Assembly: GCF_001194135.2 (NCBI RefSeq)
Contig: NC_068986.1
Span: forward strand, 81,403,485 to 81,467,484
Reading direction: 5' to 3'
Length of the DNA stretch: 64,000 bases
From: Octopus bimaculoides
Taxonomy: Eukaryota
How positions within the stretch are numbered: position 1 is the first letter of the stretch; the number at the start of each line of letters is the position of its first letter. The translations under genes and the position numbers were made by a program. The notes under the pieces are model-generated. The model was not told the origin of the DNA and searched no databases. It saw only the letters and a program-made list of their open reading frames with translations. Of the stretch, positions 62,915 to 64,000 are shown one piece after another.

Positions 62915-64000
62915 TATCATCATCATCATCATTTAATATCCATTGTCCATGCTGGCATGGGTTGGATGGTTTGACCAGGCTGGCACACTGGAAGGCTGCA
63001 CCAGACCCCAGTCTGATTTGGCATGGTTTTCTACTGCTGGACGCCCTTCCTAATGCCAACCACTCTGAGAGGGTAATGGGTGCTGTTATGTGCCACCAGC
63101 ACAGGTGCAGTTTGAATGACACCAGGGTGCTTTTGCATACCACTAGCACAGGTACCAATTTGCGTGACACCAGTATCTACCATGACAGTGATTGGTCTTC
63201 TTCTCAAGCACGACATAATGCCAAAGGTCTCGGTCATTGCCTCCATGAGGCCCTACACTCAACAGGAATTCAACTACTTTGCCTCTGTGGGGTCCAACAC
63301 TTAAAAAGAACTCAGCCACTTTGCCTATGTGAGGTCCTATGCTTGAAAGGTGTTGAGGCCCAACACTCTTTATGTACCATCAGCATGGGTGCACATCACT
63401 AAAGGTTTTCGTCACTAGTCATTGCCTCTGTAAGGCTCAAAGTTTGAAGATCATGCTTCACCACTTCATTCCATGTCTTCCTGGGTCTACCTCTACCACA
63501 GGTTCTCTCCACAGTTAGAGATCAGCACTTCTTTACACAGCTGTCCTTGCCAGCACAGTCGTCTCTCTTGCATACCACATCTGATTCCTCTTACGCCTAA
63601 CTTTTCTCTCAAGATGCTTACACTCTGTTGAACATGCACACTGTTCATCCAGCAATGCATGCTGGCTTCATTTCTTTCAAGCCTACGCATGTCCTCAGCT
63701 GTCATAGCCCATGTTTCATTGCCATGCAGCATAGTTGTTTGCACACAGGTATCAAACAAGCTGCCTTTCACTCTGAGAGAGAAGCCCTTTGTTGCCAGCA
63801 GGGGTAGGAGCTCTCTGAACTTTGCTCATCTCTAATCTTATTCTCACAGCTATGCTCTCAGAGCATCCACCTTCACTACTAACTTGGTCACCTAGATAAT
63901 GGAAATTATCTACTACCTCTAGCTTGCTCCCCTGGCAGTTGATGGAGTCTATTTTCTGCACATTTTCAGCATTTGTTGTACTTGTGCATCTGCCACATAC
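62915..64000 (-). mobile_element. Degenerate RTE-clade LINE, running off the window end
   Basis: Minus ORFs LEVVDNFHYLGDQVSSEGGCSESI and GSLFDTCVQTTMLHGNETWAM...RRLERNEASM; family 3' tail at about 62915-63100. Confidence 0.85.

Overview
This is AT-rich, repeat- and microsatellite-dense eukaryotic DNA with six N-gaps. The SINE/RTE/mariner complement and the (TA)n/(CA)n/(CAT)n density suggest a cephalopod (Octopus-like) genome; that is inference, not a database result. Two genes are well supported and lie head-to-head, with start codons about 325 bp apart. (1) LENG8/Thp3 (Sac3/GANP-family PCI protein) on the minus strand: I assembled 15 phase-compatible GT-AG coding exons by hand (21778 to 639, 828 codons), and the last exon lies before base 1. 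(2) MCM10 on the plus strand, encoded by one uninterrupted 845-aa ORF (22104-24641). From 25 to 64 kb the window is mostly transposon debris: DD37D maT, two near-full-length DD34D mariners, a fold-back mariner, Tigger- and piggyBac-type MITEs, RTE, R4/Dong, Tx1/L1 and Penelope fragments, and several tRNA-derived SINE families. Only weak, unverified exon candidates suggest a third gene. The most interesting observations are the intronless MCM10 on a compact shared promoter, a perfect 23-bp hairpin downstream of it, a perfect 95-bp inverted repeat, a fold-back mariner whose ends carry a consensus RFX X-box, and a MITE with an 8-bp TSD and a central palindrome of telomeric repeats. I found no CRISPR array, rRNA or intact tRNA gene, and nothing I can honestly call a new multi-gene system.
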